Shown here in pieces: positions 20,772-31,763 of a DNA stretch of 64,000 nt. Where the stretch lies: positions 64,001 through 128,000 of the forward strand of contig CBDDEL010000010.1 in assembly GCA_965226885.1 (NCBI GenBank). The letters run 5' to 3'. The translations under genes were made by a program, and so were the position numbers. This DNA comes from Opitutales bacterium (GTDB lineage: Bacteria > Verrucomicrobiota > Verrucomicrobiia > Opitutales > UBA2987). Position 1 is the stretch's first letter, and each line of letters begins with the position of its first letter. The notes below the pieces were generated by a model. The model saw nothing but the letters and a program-made list of their open reading frames with translations, was not told the origin of the DNA and searched no databases.

Positions 20772-22601
20772 GAGGCTGTCCCAAAAGGGTGATTTTTGCG
20801 AGGGCTTTTGATAGGCGCTCATTTTAGAGGTATTTGCATTTGGGAGAGTATCAACTTTGCTCTCCTATGACGTTAGGATACTGGTTTTGGGGTCCGGTTG
20901 CCTGGTTTTCTTTGTATGAGCCGACAGTAAGGCTGTGAAAAAGTATTGTCCTTGCTTTTCCGCTCTCTAGGCCGCCGCTTTGGTTTTTAGTTCGTCTTGC
21001 TGGGCCAGCATCTTGGCTACTTTCCATAGGTTGTGCGAGAGTACCGACGGTTGTGCGAGAGTACCGACCAGGCTACGCTGATCGAGCGGTTGGCAAAGCC
21101 TTTGCTGCGCAACCGCCCGGCCTGCCAGCGATTCTTCAATACCCCGATCCGCCCTTCGGTGCTGGCCCGGCGCTTTTGCAATTGTCTGAACAGTGGTTCC
21201 TCCATCCGTTTTTTCAACTGCTTCGGATCGCGTGGACAGAGCGCGTCGTAGATTCCCTCCTGGGCTAACTGCCGGCGGGCCCGCTGGGAGGCAAATCCCC
21301 GGTCCGCGCACATGGCCGCTATGGGTTCTTCCAGGTTGAAGCGGTTCTGTCTTTGCAAACTCTCTTGCATTTGTTCATTTTCGCTTGGAGTTCGGCTGCC
21401 GTAGAGTTTCCAGTCCAGCAGGTACCCTTCAACGCTTTCTCCCAAAAACAGGGTGTTGCCGAACTCGACCTCTTGGCCCGCTTTACCTCGCACAATCACC
21501 TGCCCATCGAGTTCGTAAACACTCAAGACTTTCTCTGCGTTTTTCACCTGGCGGCCGCCAATGATCCGCTCGTGCGCCTGTTTGATGACCACCGGGATTT
21601 GCTCGCTCATGCGCTCCATCCGGGCGAGGATCTGTTGGACCTGTTTTTCGCTGTAATCGCTTTGCTCCCAGCAGGCTTGCAATAATTCCCGGTGACTGCG
21701 GGCATGCTCCCCGATCCGTTTGAGCAGCTTTTTCATCTGCCTCAAGATACCCTTGCGCTGCCGCGCGCTGTCCTTTCGCCGCCGGCTGTGGGTCATCTGC
21801 CGAGCCAAGGGCTCCGGTTCGATCGGCATGCGATGGCGCACACCGGCCTTCTCGCGGATCAGCCGGATCGCTTTGAGCAACGTGCCGGCTACATCCTTGA
21901 GTAATACCCAGTCCGTCGGCCAATGAATGTTAGCCTCCAAACAGGTGCCGTCGATCAGGCAAATGGTGGGGTCAATCGGCTTGTCCAATCCCACCTGCCG
22001 GGCCAGAAGGGCATCGGCCACCACCTCAGTCAAGGTCCGGTGCAAGGCCCTCAACTGCTCTTCGCTGAAAAACTTCGAGGCCCGCTCCAGGGTGCTTTTG
22101 GAGATGCCCCTGATGCCATCGATCTGCCGGACACGGCAAAAGTCGGCCAACAGATCGCTGCTGCCCAGAGCCCGCGACAAATGCCGAAACGAAATCCCTC
22201 CGAGCAGACGGCCCAGCGTATCCATGCGCAGTGCCTTGATGGCAAAACTGGCCCGCTGCCGCCGGGCCTTTAGACCCATTGGCGGCCACCCCTCCAAGGC
22301 CAGCTCAATGGCCTGCGATTCCACCTCCGAGTCGATCAGCAGCCGATCGATTCGATCAATGGTGGCGCGGAAGTTATCGTCATCGAGGCACCGGTCGACC
22401 ACAGTTAAAGCTGGACGCAGGAGGCATTGGATGGCTATATTTTTCATAGAAAGGGCTACATAGAAAGGGCTATATTGATTTTCGCTAACTCAATTATAGA
22501 ACCCTTTTTTGGCCGGATCGAGCAAAAACTTGCTCTTTCCGGCTCTTTTTATCAACGTCATCCAGTTGACTATAAAATCTTTATATTTTTGGGACAGCCT
22601 C
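20772..22601 (-). mobile_element. ISNCY (ISDol1-like)/IS5-like element copy 1, transposase 22447-20967 damaged
   Basis: IRs GAGGCTGTCCCAAAA/TTTTGGGACAGCCTC. Motifs DGTCLEANIHWPTD, RGKAGQEVEFG, ADRGF. A 20-bp duplication frameshifts the C-terminus and there is a 21-bp in-frame deletion relative to copy 2. Confidence 0.9.
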
Positions 22602-23154
22602 TACGATAGGGGACGCCGCCGGAGTCCAAAACATACCGGTGAACGCGATTTTTTCGCGTTATGGCGACCAATAAATCTTTTCCATTGGCTGAAATTACCA
22701 ACCCGTTGGGATAAGCCAGGCCCTCGGCCAGCAGGCTTGTTTCTCCCGCTGCCGATACCCGGTAAACTTTGCCGATCGGGTTCTCCGCATTGGAGCCGTG
22801 GGGGTCGGTGAAATAGAGGTTCCCGTCGTAATCAAAGATAAGATCGTTAGGCCCGTTAAATGCCTTTCCCTTGTAATTATCGACGATGGTGCGGATATGT
22901 CCCTCTGGAGAAATCGCGATGATGCCCTTTTCCCGATCGGCCACAGCCACATAGAGATCACCATTGGTATGAAACCTCGCTCCGTTAGGCACTCCGCCGG
23001 TGTTGACGAAGGTTTCGACTTCTCCGTCCGGTGAAATCCTTGAAATGTCCGCGGTGTCAATGTTTACCGCAAAGAGGTTTCCCCAACGATCGAAAGCAGG
23101 CCCTTCCGGAAATTTCAGTCCCGCGGCAAATAACGTTACTTTTCGCTTCTGCAT
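22602..23154 (-). pseudogene. SMP-30/gluconolactonase family, 3'-truncated by IS
   Basis: FPEGP, PNG, GPNDL..D..GNLYFTDP, YPNG motifs. ORF runs into the IS end after about 185 aa. Confidence 0.85.
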
Positions 23155-23182
23155 TGCAAATCCTCAAATTTACCCAAAATGT

Positions 23183-25420
23183 TCAAAACCTGAAGGTCCA
23201 GGCCAGTTTTGTGCTGAATTCGGTTTCGGTGGGATGCCAGCGATTGTCGGAGGTGTCAACGCCTTGGTTGAAGACAATAAAGAGGTCTTGGCCCGGATTG
23301 ATGGTCCAGCGGATGCGGCTATTGAGGCCGAATTCGTTGGAGTCGTTATCCCATTGGTTGGTAATATTCCAGACCAGGTTGGGGGAGAACTGGATATTGA
23401 AATCGACCTGGACCACCCGAATGGTAAATTCGTCCTGAGGAAGGCTGATGGTATTGATTTCGTATTGCGCGTTGAAGTTGAAATGGGGGGAAGGGCGCCA
23501 CCCCACATTGGCGACGATTTCGGTGCGTTTCCCATTGAAAAAATCGCCCAGCTCGACGGCTACGATGCCGCCCAATTTGCGTGACTCGGAAAAGACGACT
23601 TCGGCCCGGAACCGGTTGAAATGATAATTACCGGCGGGAATGAAGATACCATCGATAATTTCAAAGGGTTCGAATAGTTGTTCCTGGTAAAAGATGGGCA
23701 CGACGAATGCCTCATCCTGGTTCATTGTTTCAAACCCGAATTGAGGAATCCAGATTTCACGATCAAGCACGGAGCCGTCCAATCGCGTGCGAATGCGTAC
23801 GAATGCATCAAAATAAAATTCTTCCAGTTTTTGCGGATGCCAGGTGCGCCGGAGCCAGGTGAGGTATTGGCGTGTGCCGGTTTCGCTGACAAATCCCAAT
23901 GCGGGATTGAAGTTTTCTCCGATTTGAGTGAATTCGACTCCCATATTCCATTTGTCGTTAGGATACGCGAATTCCCCGCCGAAGGCATAGTCGTCACCGG
24001 AAAGTCCGGTGGAATCGGATTGCATTACATAGAAATTGCTTTCGACGATTTGTCCCGAGCCTTTGAAATCGGAATTGCGGTAATTGAAATCGAAGCCATA
24101 GAGCAAGTTTTCGTTATTGGTTGTCGGATCGCCATGGGTGGCAATGAATCCCATATAAGATTCCCCAAATAGGTTGACGGTGGCTCGGGCCACGGAGAGG
24201 TTTTTTGATTCGAGGTTTTTGAACTTATCGACCCGGACGCTGAGAAGCCCGAAATTTACGCGACCGGCCCGCCCGGTAACTTTGACTCCGCCAATGATGT
24301 CCACCTCTTCGCGGTCTTCGTTGAGCCCGATGCGGCGGGAGAAAAAGGGCAAGGGGGAGCGATTGATGTCGGCAAATTGAAAAATGGTCGCATCCTGCAA
24401 AAAGAAAGCGCGTTTCTCATCGAAGAAAAGTGGAAAACGAGTGAGGTTGATTTGCCGGTTATCGACTTCGGCTTCAGCAAAGTCGGTGTTCAGAGTAAAG
24501 GCGGCCGTGATGGCGGGTGTGATCTTGTAAAAAAAATCGAAACCCGGTTCCAGATCAAATTTGCTTTTGCCACCCACCCTGTCGCGTTTGTAGCGGAAAT
24601 TGGCAAAAGGAATGAAATCGATGCCTTTGCCTTGTTTCAGCCCGTGGAGATTTTGGAGAATCCCGGCATCGTTCATGGTGGTCACCCTTTTATTTCTGGA
24701 GGGTGCTGCCCAGCGAAGCTTCTCGTTCTTGCGCTGGATATCGCGCTCCACATTGAAACCCCAGGTATCGTTGGCTGGATTGAAATTAAGGGTTTTGACC
24801 GGTATGGCGATTTCCGCCGTCCAACCTTCCTCATCAATTCTCGATTTGCCGTACCAAATACCGTCCCATTCGGCCTCATACCCGCCTCTGCCCGCATTGG
24901 GGTCCACCAGGCCGTCTCGTCTCGCGCCGCGCGGATTAATGGCGAAATAATAACCGTTGCGGTGACTGAGAAACGTATCGAAGGTGAGCCTGATGCGATC
25001 CTCCGAACGGAGGGTGATATCCCTTTGCATCAAGCGGGCGATAATCTTATCGGGCTCCGAATCGAAGGCGCGCACCCCGATGTAGATGAAGTTTGCGTCA
25101 TAGAGGAAGCGAATTTCGGTTTTTTCCGAAGGGGCATGGCCTTCATTGGGTCTGACTTGGGTAAAATTGGAAATGGCCGGCGCCGTTAACCAGGAGGGAT
25201 CATTGAGTATACCATCAATCTGCGGCGGCAAATCCGTTCGCACGAGTGAAACGATTCTGCGGGTTCCCATCTCGTCCACGCCGTTAATGAAGCCGGTATC
25301 AGCCGACTGCGCCCAACTGCAGGCAGGGGTTGTAAAAAATAAGACCGAGGCAACGAAAATACCGTCGTATATTCTCCTGTACATTGACCGCGGATGAAAT
25401 GCAGAGTTTTGGACTATCAC
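23183..25420 (-). CDS. CBM9-like/DUF5916 outer-membrane protein
   Basis: PQIDGILND..W, WTAEIAIP, NTDFAEAEVD..QINLTRFPLFFDEKRAFF. C-terminal Phe. Confidence 0.8.
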   Translation of the reverse strand: MIVQNSAFHPRSMYRRIYDGIFVASVLFFTTPACSWAQSADTGFINGVDEMGTRRIVSLVRTDLPPQIDGILNDPSWLTAPAISNFTQVRPNEGHAPSEKTEIRFLYDANFIYIGVRAFDSEPDKIIARLMQRDITLRSEDRIRLTFDTFLSHRNGYYFAINPRGARRDGLVDPNAGRGGYEAEWDGIWYGKSRIDEEGWTAEIAIPVKTLNFNPANDTWGFNVERDIQRKNEKLRWAAPSRNKRVTTMNDAGILQNLHGLKQGKGIDFIPFANFRYKRDRVGGKSKFDLEPGFDFFYKITPAITAAFTLNTDFAEAEVDNRQINLTRFPLFFDEKRAFFLQDATIFQFADINRSPLPFFSRRIGLNEDREEVDIIGGVKVTGRAGRVNFGLLSVRVDKFKNLESKNLSVARATVNLFGESYMGFIATHGDPTTNNENLLYGFDFNYRNSDFKGSGQIVESNFYVMQSDSTGLSGDDYAFGGEFAYPNDKWNMGVEFTQIGENFNPALGFVSETGTRQYLTWLRRTWHPQKLEEFYFDAFVRIRTRLDGSVLDREIWIPQFGFETMNQDEAFVVPIFYQEQLFEPFEIIDGIFIPAGNYHFNRFRAEVVFSESRKLGGIVAVELGDFFNGKRTEIVANVGWRPSPHFNFNAQYEINTISLPQDEFTIRVVQVDFNIQFSPNLVWNITNQWDNDSNEFGLNSRIRWTINPGQDLFIVFNQGVDTSDNRWHPTETEFSTKLAWTFRF

Positions 25421-25457
25421 AACAGTCAGGGGTTAATAGGGGCCATCGCGGAAGGCT

Positions 25458-25610
25458 CTAAACTAAAGGGAAGCAGGCCTTAAGTCGGCTGTCCATATAA
25501 CTGGCATTGCGTGGCCGGATATCGAAAAGTTCAATGACGTTGCAAATCGTTGGAGTATCGAATTTTAGTAGTTGCTCAATGTATTCGGCAGATAATCCTC
25601 TGGCGGTCAT
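25458..25610 (-). pseudogene. RraA/HMG-aldolase family N-terminal remnant
   Basis: LLKFDTPTICNVIELFDIRPR...CFP, then a stop after 50 aa. Confidence 0.6.
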
Positions 25611-25997
25611 ATTTGATATTTGGTTTGATTCTGGGAAAGAGAGGGTTGATTGGAACTCATTTTCCACCACTTGCCAAACTCTTTGCATGAGTGATCCAGG
25701 TTTTCAGGGATTACGGTTCCCTCCAATAAGAACCACTTTTTAGCGGAAAAGATAGGCTTTTCCGGGTTTCACAGTGCAAGGCCCCATGATTAGCAAGCGG
25801 CGGTGAATACAATGACCCCAATAGCTAGACGCTAGACCTTAAGAAAATTTTCATTTTTCCCTTGGCAAGAGTAAAAAAAAAATTACTTTTGAAAGCCTAA
25901 GCTAACAGCTATCAATTCCTGATTGCTATGAAAATACCCTAAATCGAGCGCATGTCCTGGCTCAGGGCTGCGAGCGAAACCGGGTAGTGTATTACCG

Positions 25998-26799
25998 GGT
26001 AGTGTATTAAGTAGGAATGGTGGCTAATTCTTGATTATATTCATGAATGAAAAGTCTCAGACAGGTTTCATGCATACTCTTAAGCTTGGAAAAGGAGAGG
26101 GTTTTGCGTGTGAAACGACCCAGTCGTTGGCGCAGGGTATTGTTCCATCGTTCCACATGGGCCGTTTCACCGGTTTCTTTTCCCACGGATCGGTTATGAG
26201 GAAAGACTTCATCATAAGTGCTCCAAAAGTCGCTGTAGGTGGCACATCTTTTGTAGGCCCGTGGCAGACGCTCGTAAAGTTCCCGGCAACGATACCAATC
26301 CCGAGGCCCAATGGCATAGGAGAGGATTTGACGGGTGCGTCGGCAAAGAGCGATCCAAACCCATTGGGCATCGCTCTTGCGCCCCACAAAAGACCACAGT
26401 TCGTCCAGTTCAATGACATCATGGCGGCGGGCCGCAAGAATCGTGCTTTTGAGCGGTCGCAGCGATTGTCGTTTTTTTTAACCAACTCAAAACGGTGTTG
26501 GGACTCACCCCGAAGGCGCGCTGTAAACCGCGTAGACTGCTGCGTTCCTGATAGACTCGAAGGATCATTTCTTTTTGCTCTTCGGTGTATTTCACTGTGG
26601 GGTTTTCGCGGCTTTGTTTACCACAATCATGGCAGCGGTAGCGCTGTTTATGGTTGGGCGTCTTGCCAAATTTAATGATATTTTCACTTCCACAGTGCTG
26701 ACAATTAATAATTTTAGTAACCATGCACTAAGAATAAACTGCCTAACGCTATTTGTACAGCTAAAAATACAAAATAACATTCTTTTTTTATACACTACC
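25998..26799 (-). mobile_element. IS1-family element copy 1 (insA 26724-26419, insB ending at 26007)
   Basis: IR GGTAGTGTAT. Zn-ribbon CQHC...CHDC, DELWSFVG, HVERWNNTLR. Near-perfect 8-bp duplication CGAAACCG/CGAAGCCG. Confidence 0.93.
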
Positions 26800-27070
26800 C
26801 GAAGCCGCAGCACCCAGGCTAAATAGCGTGTACCATATACCTTTTTTAGCTATATACCCCAGCCCCATAAATCTCGCAATCTTAATACGGGAAAAAGGTG
26901 ATTTTTCAAAATTATACGGGAACGCCTTCACCAAAATCTCTGAAAATAAATTTTTTACAAAAAATAACTGCCAGCCTGTTCGCTCCCGAGGCAAAACATC
27001 CATGCAATTGTAACTGAAAAATTACAAAACAACCAACCAAACTCATCTAAACTGCATTCATCATTCATAT

Positions 27071-29614
27071 ATGAAAAAAGACATCCAATCAAATACCTAC
27101 CTCAAGGTTATCCTTGTGATTTCCTTGTCGTTGTTGCTCGGCATCAGCAACAATTTTGCCCAATCCGATGAAGAGCTGACAGAACTGGAGGAATTCATCG
27201 CCGAAGAATCCGGAGTGGAAGATTCCGGAACCATGGATCCAACCTCAAGGCCGGTGGATTCGGTTTACGGCAGCATGAACGTGCTGGACATTCCCCGCTC
27301 CGTCACTGTTCTCACCCCCGAAATGATGAAACAGTTTAACATCACGGACTACCACGACCTCGACAAGATCGGGGCCGGCATGCAGCGGGTGAACTACTAT
27401 GGTCTACCCGGGACCCCCTCTATGAGGGGCGACCTGGCGGGCACTTTTTTCAACGGAATGCTGCGCGCTTATAACCGCAACGACATGCCGGTTTCCTTTG
27501 GTTCCATGGAAGCCCTTGATGTGGTGAAAGGCCCCGCGCCTGCCCATTTCAGCCCTACCCAGGCTGGAGGCTATGTCAACCAAGTGCCCAAATCCCCTTA
27601 TTTTGACAAGTTTCGGGGGAGCGTGAAAATAACTGTGGGACTCTACGACCACTACAATTTTCAAACCGATATCGGCGGCCCCATTTTGTTCGGCAACAAG
27701 CCGGCTGCCTATCGCATTTCCGTAACGGCACAGCAAAGTGCCAGTTATTACGATGACCTGAACAACGATTATATCTCCATTTATGCATCCATGAAAATGA
27801 AGCTCAAAGAGGGTGTAAAAGTCTTCTTCGGCGGCGAATATTTCAACTTCAAAAGCAACGAAAATCCGGGCTGGAACCGCATTACCCAGGACCTCATCAA
27901 CGGCGGTAATTACATTATTGGCGAACCGGCCGACCAGACCAGCCCTCTTTGGGACAACACCTTCCCGAAGACTGATACCGCCTTCATCCCGATAGGTTTC
28001 GATGTTACCGATCACTCTAATTCGCTGACCATTTTCGGCGCAAATCCGGCCTTGGTGGTTCCCAGGAGTATTGTGGAGGGATCCGGCCAAAGCGCTGGTG
28101 CCCTTGCCTTGATGGATGATCTGGGCGACGAAGGATACCGCTATACCCAGGAATACCTCAATGCGGGCGGAATCGTCTTTACTGAAAAAATCGATGGATC
28201 AACCGTTCTAACCGACCCGAGCGACGTGGCCGATTCAGAGGATCTTCTCATCTTTTTCGACTATGAAAACACCAACAACCCAAACTTTATCATCAAAAAC
28301 AAGTTTCTTCTCGAATACCTAAAGACCTTCAAGATTTCCAGCTACGGTTATGCCTTCTCGATCGATCAATTGGTCATTGAGGATAAAGTAACCTTGGATT
28401 TTAACTTGGGGGATAACAATGATATTGTTTTTGGAGCTTCCGTAAGGTACCTTAAAGCCCAGCAACTGCAGGATTTCGATGCCGAGCCGTTTGCCCGGCG
28501 CGATATCACCAGAGAAAACATCTCTTCCAATTCAGTCCTCCGTATTGGCCCTCAGCGCGTTCCCTTGACCGGGGACAGCAGAAATCTATGGGCCACCAAT
28601 CTATCCGCCAACTCCGACTCTAAAATGGTCCAGGCCGGTGTGTTTGGTTTCTCCACTAGCAAAATTGGAGACAACGTAATCTGGATCAATTCTTTTCGGG
28701 GTGAGTTTGCCAGTTGGGAAGCCGGCGTACCCGACGAGGTCGAGAGAAGCCCGGATGCGGGCGTCACCCTCAATGACGACAGCACCTTTTACTGGATGGC
28801 CAGCACCAGCCCGGTATTCCACGTCGCCAAGGGAGTCAGCCTCTACGCATCTGCCCAATTGGGCACGGCCTTCAACTCCACTCAGGGCGGGGCCGTTACG
28901 GCAGCTATCAGCGCCACCGACGGCGTCTTTAATAACGACCAAAATTTCGCCGAATCGGAACTTTATGAAGCCGGAGTAAAAATACAGGGACTGAATAAAA
29001 CTTTATTTATGACTTTTGCCAGTTATCACTGGGATAAAACACGCATCGATTCAATCTCTGGAGAGGCCGCCAAGATTCGCTCCAAAGGGTTCGAGGCGGA
29101 GATGACCTGGTCTCCCAACGAGGTCTTCACCCTGATCGCCTCGGCAACCGCCTCGCGGACCCATCGCAGGGAACCGGCCGGTTTCCGCTTTGCGGATACC
29201 GACGACGGCTTCTGGCTGCCCCTCGTCGCGGGCGGTCTCTTCGTCCACTTCGGCGGCGAAGGCGCCAATGGAAGACCGGCCAATAATCCGAATCTGATTC
29301 TCAACGGCTTTCCCGAAGTATCGGCCAACATTTACGGCAGCTTCAGGTTCGAGAACGGATGGGGTTTTGGCGTCGGAGCGCGCTGGCGTGATTCCTATTA
29401 CCACAATTTCGACCGTAATCTGGTCCTGCCCTCTACTGTTACCATGAGAGCAAATATTTCCTATTCCCGCGAAAAATGGGATGTTTTAGTAACGATTGAA
29501 AACTTCACCAATGAAGATTTATTCTATGGCGCGGATCCGATTTTCGGAGCTAACTCATTACTCCTCAAAGCCCCGGAAGCGACTGGCAGGATTACCTTTA
29601 CCTATAAGTTTTAA
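27071..29614 (+). CDS. TonB-dependent receptor
   Basis: Signal peptide, plug motifs (DIPRSVTVL, EALDVVKGP..GGYVN), C-terminal TFTYKF. Confidence 0.92.
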   Translation: MKKDIQSNTYLKVILVISLSLLLGISNNFAQSDEELTELEEFIAEESGVEDSGTMDPTSRPVDSVYGSMNVLDIPRSVTVLTPEMMKQFNITDYHDLDKIGAGMQRVNYYGLPGTPSMRGDLAGTFFNGMLRAYNRNDMPVSFGSMEALDVVKGPAPAHFSPTQAGGYVNQVPKSPYFDKFRGSVKITVGLYDHYNFQTDIGGPILFGNKPAAYRISVTAQQSASYYDDLNNDYISIYASMKMKLKEGVKVFFGGEYFNFKSNENPGWNRITQDLINGGNYIIGEPADQTSPLWDNTFPKTDTAFIPIGFDVTDHSNSLTIFGANPALVVPRSIVEGSGQSAGALALMDDLGDEGYRYTQEYLNAGGIVFTEKIDGSTVLTDPSDVADSEDLLIFFDYENTNNPNFIIKNKFLLEYLKTFKISSYGYAFSIDQLVIEDKVTLDFNLGDNNDIVFGASVRYLKAQQLQDFDAEPFARRDITRENISSNSVLRIGPQRVPLTGDSRNLWATNLSANSDSKMVQAGVFGFSTSKIGDNVIWINSFRGEFASWEAGVPDEVERSPDAGVTLNDDSTFYWMASTSPVFHVAKGVSLYASAQLGTAFNSTQGGAVTAAISATDGVFNNDQNFAESELYEAGVKIQGLNKTLFMTFASYHWDKTRIDSISGEAAKIRSKGFEAEMTWSPNEVFTLIASATASRTHRREPAGFRFADTDDGFWLPLVAGGLFVHFGGEGANGRPANNPNLILNGFPEVSANIYGSFRFENGWGFGVGARWRDSYYHNFDRNLVLPSTVTMRANISYSREKWDVLVTIENFTNEDLFYGADPIFGANSLLLKAPEATGRITFTYKF

Positions 29615-29630
29615 ACTAAAAAATATTCAC

Positions 29631-29663
29631 TAAAACAGGCGGGCGCCATGCCCGCCTGTTTTA
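29631..29663 (+). terminator. Intrinsic terminator/stabilising hairpin
   Basis: TAAAACAGGCGGGC-GCCAT-GCCCGCCTGTTTTA. Confidence 0.8.
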
Positions 29664-29682
29664 TTTCCAGTCCAGTGTTGTC

Positions 29683-31590
29683 GTGAAAAGTGTGGTAATT
29701 TTTGTTAATCTGGCGATTGCGCTTGTTTTCACGCTATTGCCGTTTTCCTTGCCCGCAGCACATTTTGTTGATGTCACGCTCTTCGCTGGGGTGGATTATG
29801 AACACCGGGTCCCTGAAGATCCCATCCCACAGCAGCCGTTTATGACAGCCGGTGCGGCAGCCGGTGATTATAATAACGATGGCTGGATGGACCTATATGT
29901 AACCCTGCTCGATGCACCTGATTTGTTATTTAAAAATAATGGAAATGGAACGTTTACCAATGTGGCTTCCAGCGTTGGCCTAGGCCAAAACTTTCCTTCC
30001 AGCGGCGCCGCTTGGGGCGACATCGATAACGATGGAGATCAGGACCTTTATGTAAGCACTATCGGGGCCAAGCGTTATTACCTCTACATCAATAATGGAT
30101 TGAGCCAATTTACAGAAGAGGCTATAGAACGAGGAGCAGCTTTACAAAGCGAGATAGATCACTCCGGCTTTAGTGTCAGCTTTGGCGATTACGATCGTGA
30201 TGGCTGGCTGGATATTCATACCACTGAATGGGATATTCAACCCAGCGGGGCCTCTATAATGCAACACTCCGTTCTTCTTCGCAATGAAGGCTCTACAGCG
30301 CCAGGGTATTTCTACAATGTAACGAATGAATCCGGTGTTTTGAAAAATTTTGGCCAAGCGCAATTCGGATTTTCCTCAAGCTTTTCCGACATGGACCGTG
30401 ATGGGTGGCCCGATTTGGTAATCGCCGCTGATTTCGAAACGAGCCAAATCTTTTGGAATAACGGAGATGGCACCTTTACCGAGGGCACCGCCGCAGCCGG
30501 AGTCGGCACCGATGAAAACGGGATGGGATCCGCTATTGGCGATTATGACGGCGATGGGCTCCTTGATTGGTTTGTATCCTCCATCTACAGCTCCAATCCC
30601 AATGTTAACAGTGGCAATCGGCTTTATCGAAACCTGGGAAATCGAACCTTCTCCGATCAAACCGATGCCGCCGGCGTGAGAGATGCCGATTGGGGATGGG
30701 GGTCAGTATTCTTTGATTTTGACAACGATGGCGACCTCGACCTGACCGTGACCAACGGGGAGGAATTCCCCCGTCAATTCAACTCTCCCTACGACACAGA
30801 TCGCACTCGGCTGTGGGAAAATGAGGGGGGTTTTTTCAATGAAGTTGGCCTCGAACATGGAATTACGGACACCGGATCAGGCAAGGGTATCGTTACCTTC
30901 GATTATGACAACGATGGCGATCTCGACCTGTTTATTGCCAACAACGGGGGACATCCTGTACTCTATAATAATCAAAGTGGCAACAACATGGCGTGGCTTA
31001 GAGTCCGCACCGTGGGACAGTATTCAAACAAGGATGGCATCGGCGCTTTTTTGACTTTGGAACCCAAGGCCGGCGGTCCCCAGCAGGTCAGGGAAATCAC
31101 CGGAGGCAGCAATTTTTTAAGCCAAAATGAATTGACCGCTCATTTTGGCCTTGGGCAGCAAACCGAGCCGGTTGCGCGTCTGTCAATTCGCTGGCCAAGC
31201 GGCCTGCTACAGGTGTTTAAAGATCTACCTGTTAATTCCACCTTGATTGCGGTCGAGGAAGATCCCTTTCATGGTCAATCTATCGGAGGGTATCCCCAAT
31301 GGCGGACATCGAATTGGTATGGCAATTATCATACCGGCTACTGGCCATGGATATTTCATGCCGAGCATGGCTGGCTATACATCAATGTGGAAAATGAATC
31401 CAATGCAATTTACCTGTGGGATTCGGGCCTTAAAGCCTGGTGTTTTATCAATGAATCCAATTATCGTTGGATATACCTGTTCGGCCAGGAAGAGGGCTGG
31501 GTGTGGGCGTTTTCGGATAACACTCCAGGAAGAAGATTTTTCCAACGTCTCAATGACGGCAGCTTGATCCGCGTCTCGAACGGCACCTAG
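29683..31590 (+). CDS. CRTAC1-family protein (FG-GAP/VCBS repeats + ASPIC/UnbV) with Trp-rich C-terminal domain
   Basis: Repeated DxDxDGxxD motifs, DGIGA...GGSNFLSQN...HFGLG...IRWPSG. Confidence 0.9.
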   Translation: MKSVVIFVNLAIALVFTLLPFSLPAAHFVDVTLFAGVDYEHRVPEDPIPQQPFMTAGAAAGDYNNDGWMDLYVTLLDAPDLLFKNNGNGTFTNVASSVGLGQNFPSSGAAWGDIDNDGDQDLYVSTIGAKRYYLYINNGLSQFTEEAIERGAALQSEIDHSGFSVSFGDYDRDGWLDIHTTEWDIQPSGASIMQHSVLLRNEGSTAPGYFYNVTNESGVLKNFGQAQFGFSSSFSDMDRDGWPDLVIAADFETSQIFWNNGDGTFTEGTAAAGVGTDENGMGSAIGDYDGDGLLDWFVSSIYSSNPNVNSGNRLYRNLGNRTFSDQTDAAGVRDADWGWGSVFFDFDNDGDLDLTVTNGEEFPRQFNSPYDTDRTRLWENEGGFFNEVGLEHGITDTGSGKGIVTFDYDNDGDLDLFIANNGGHPVLYNNQSGNNMAWLRVRTVGQYSNKDGIGAFLTLEPKAGGPQQVREITGGSNFLSQNELTAHFGLGQQTEPVARLSIRWPSGLLQVFKDLPVNSTLIAVEEDPFHGQSIGGYPQWRTSNWYGNYHTGYWPWIFHAEHGWLYINVENESNAIYLWDSGLKAWCFINESNYRWIYLFGQEEGWVWAFSDNTPGRRFFQRLNDGSLIRVSNGT

Positions 31591-31763
31591 TAATTTTTAT
31601 CTATCTGTGATAACCGAAAAGGACAATCCGCCGGGTATCGACCCGAGTTTATTTTATAATAACGACTTGACGCCCGTTCCCCATGAATCGCATCCGGACT
31701 TTCTGGAATATGATGGCTTGGTGGGCGATTTCTTTCTTAATATTGCCGATTTTTGATTACAGA

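Noticed and set aside
25458..25467. CTAAA-CTAAA at the RraA remnant end as an IS1380 excision footprint or another duplication
   Set aside because: Too short and A-rich to distinguish from chance, and removing it does not restore a gene.
25948..26829. Naming the IS1-split hairpin as SRP RNA, TPP, SAH or xanthine riboswitch
   Set aside because: Only partial motif resemblance (TCAGG, CTGAG, CCAGG). Required conserved segments are missing, so it is left unassigned.
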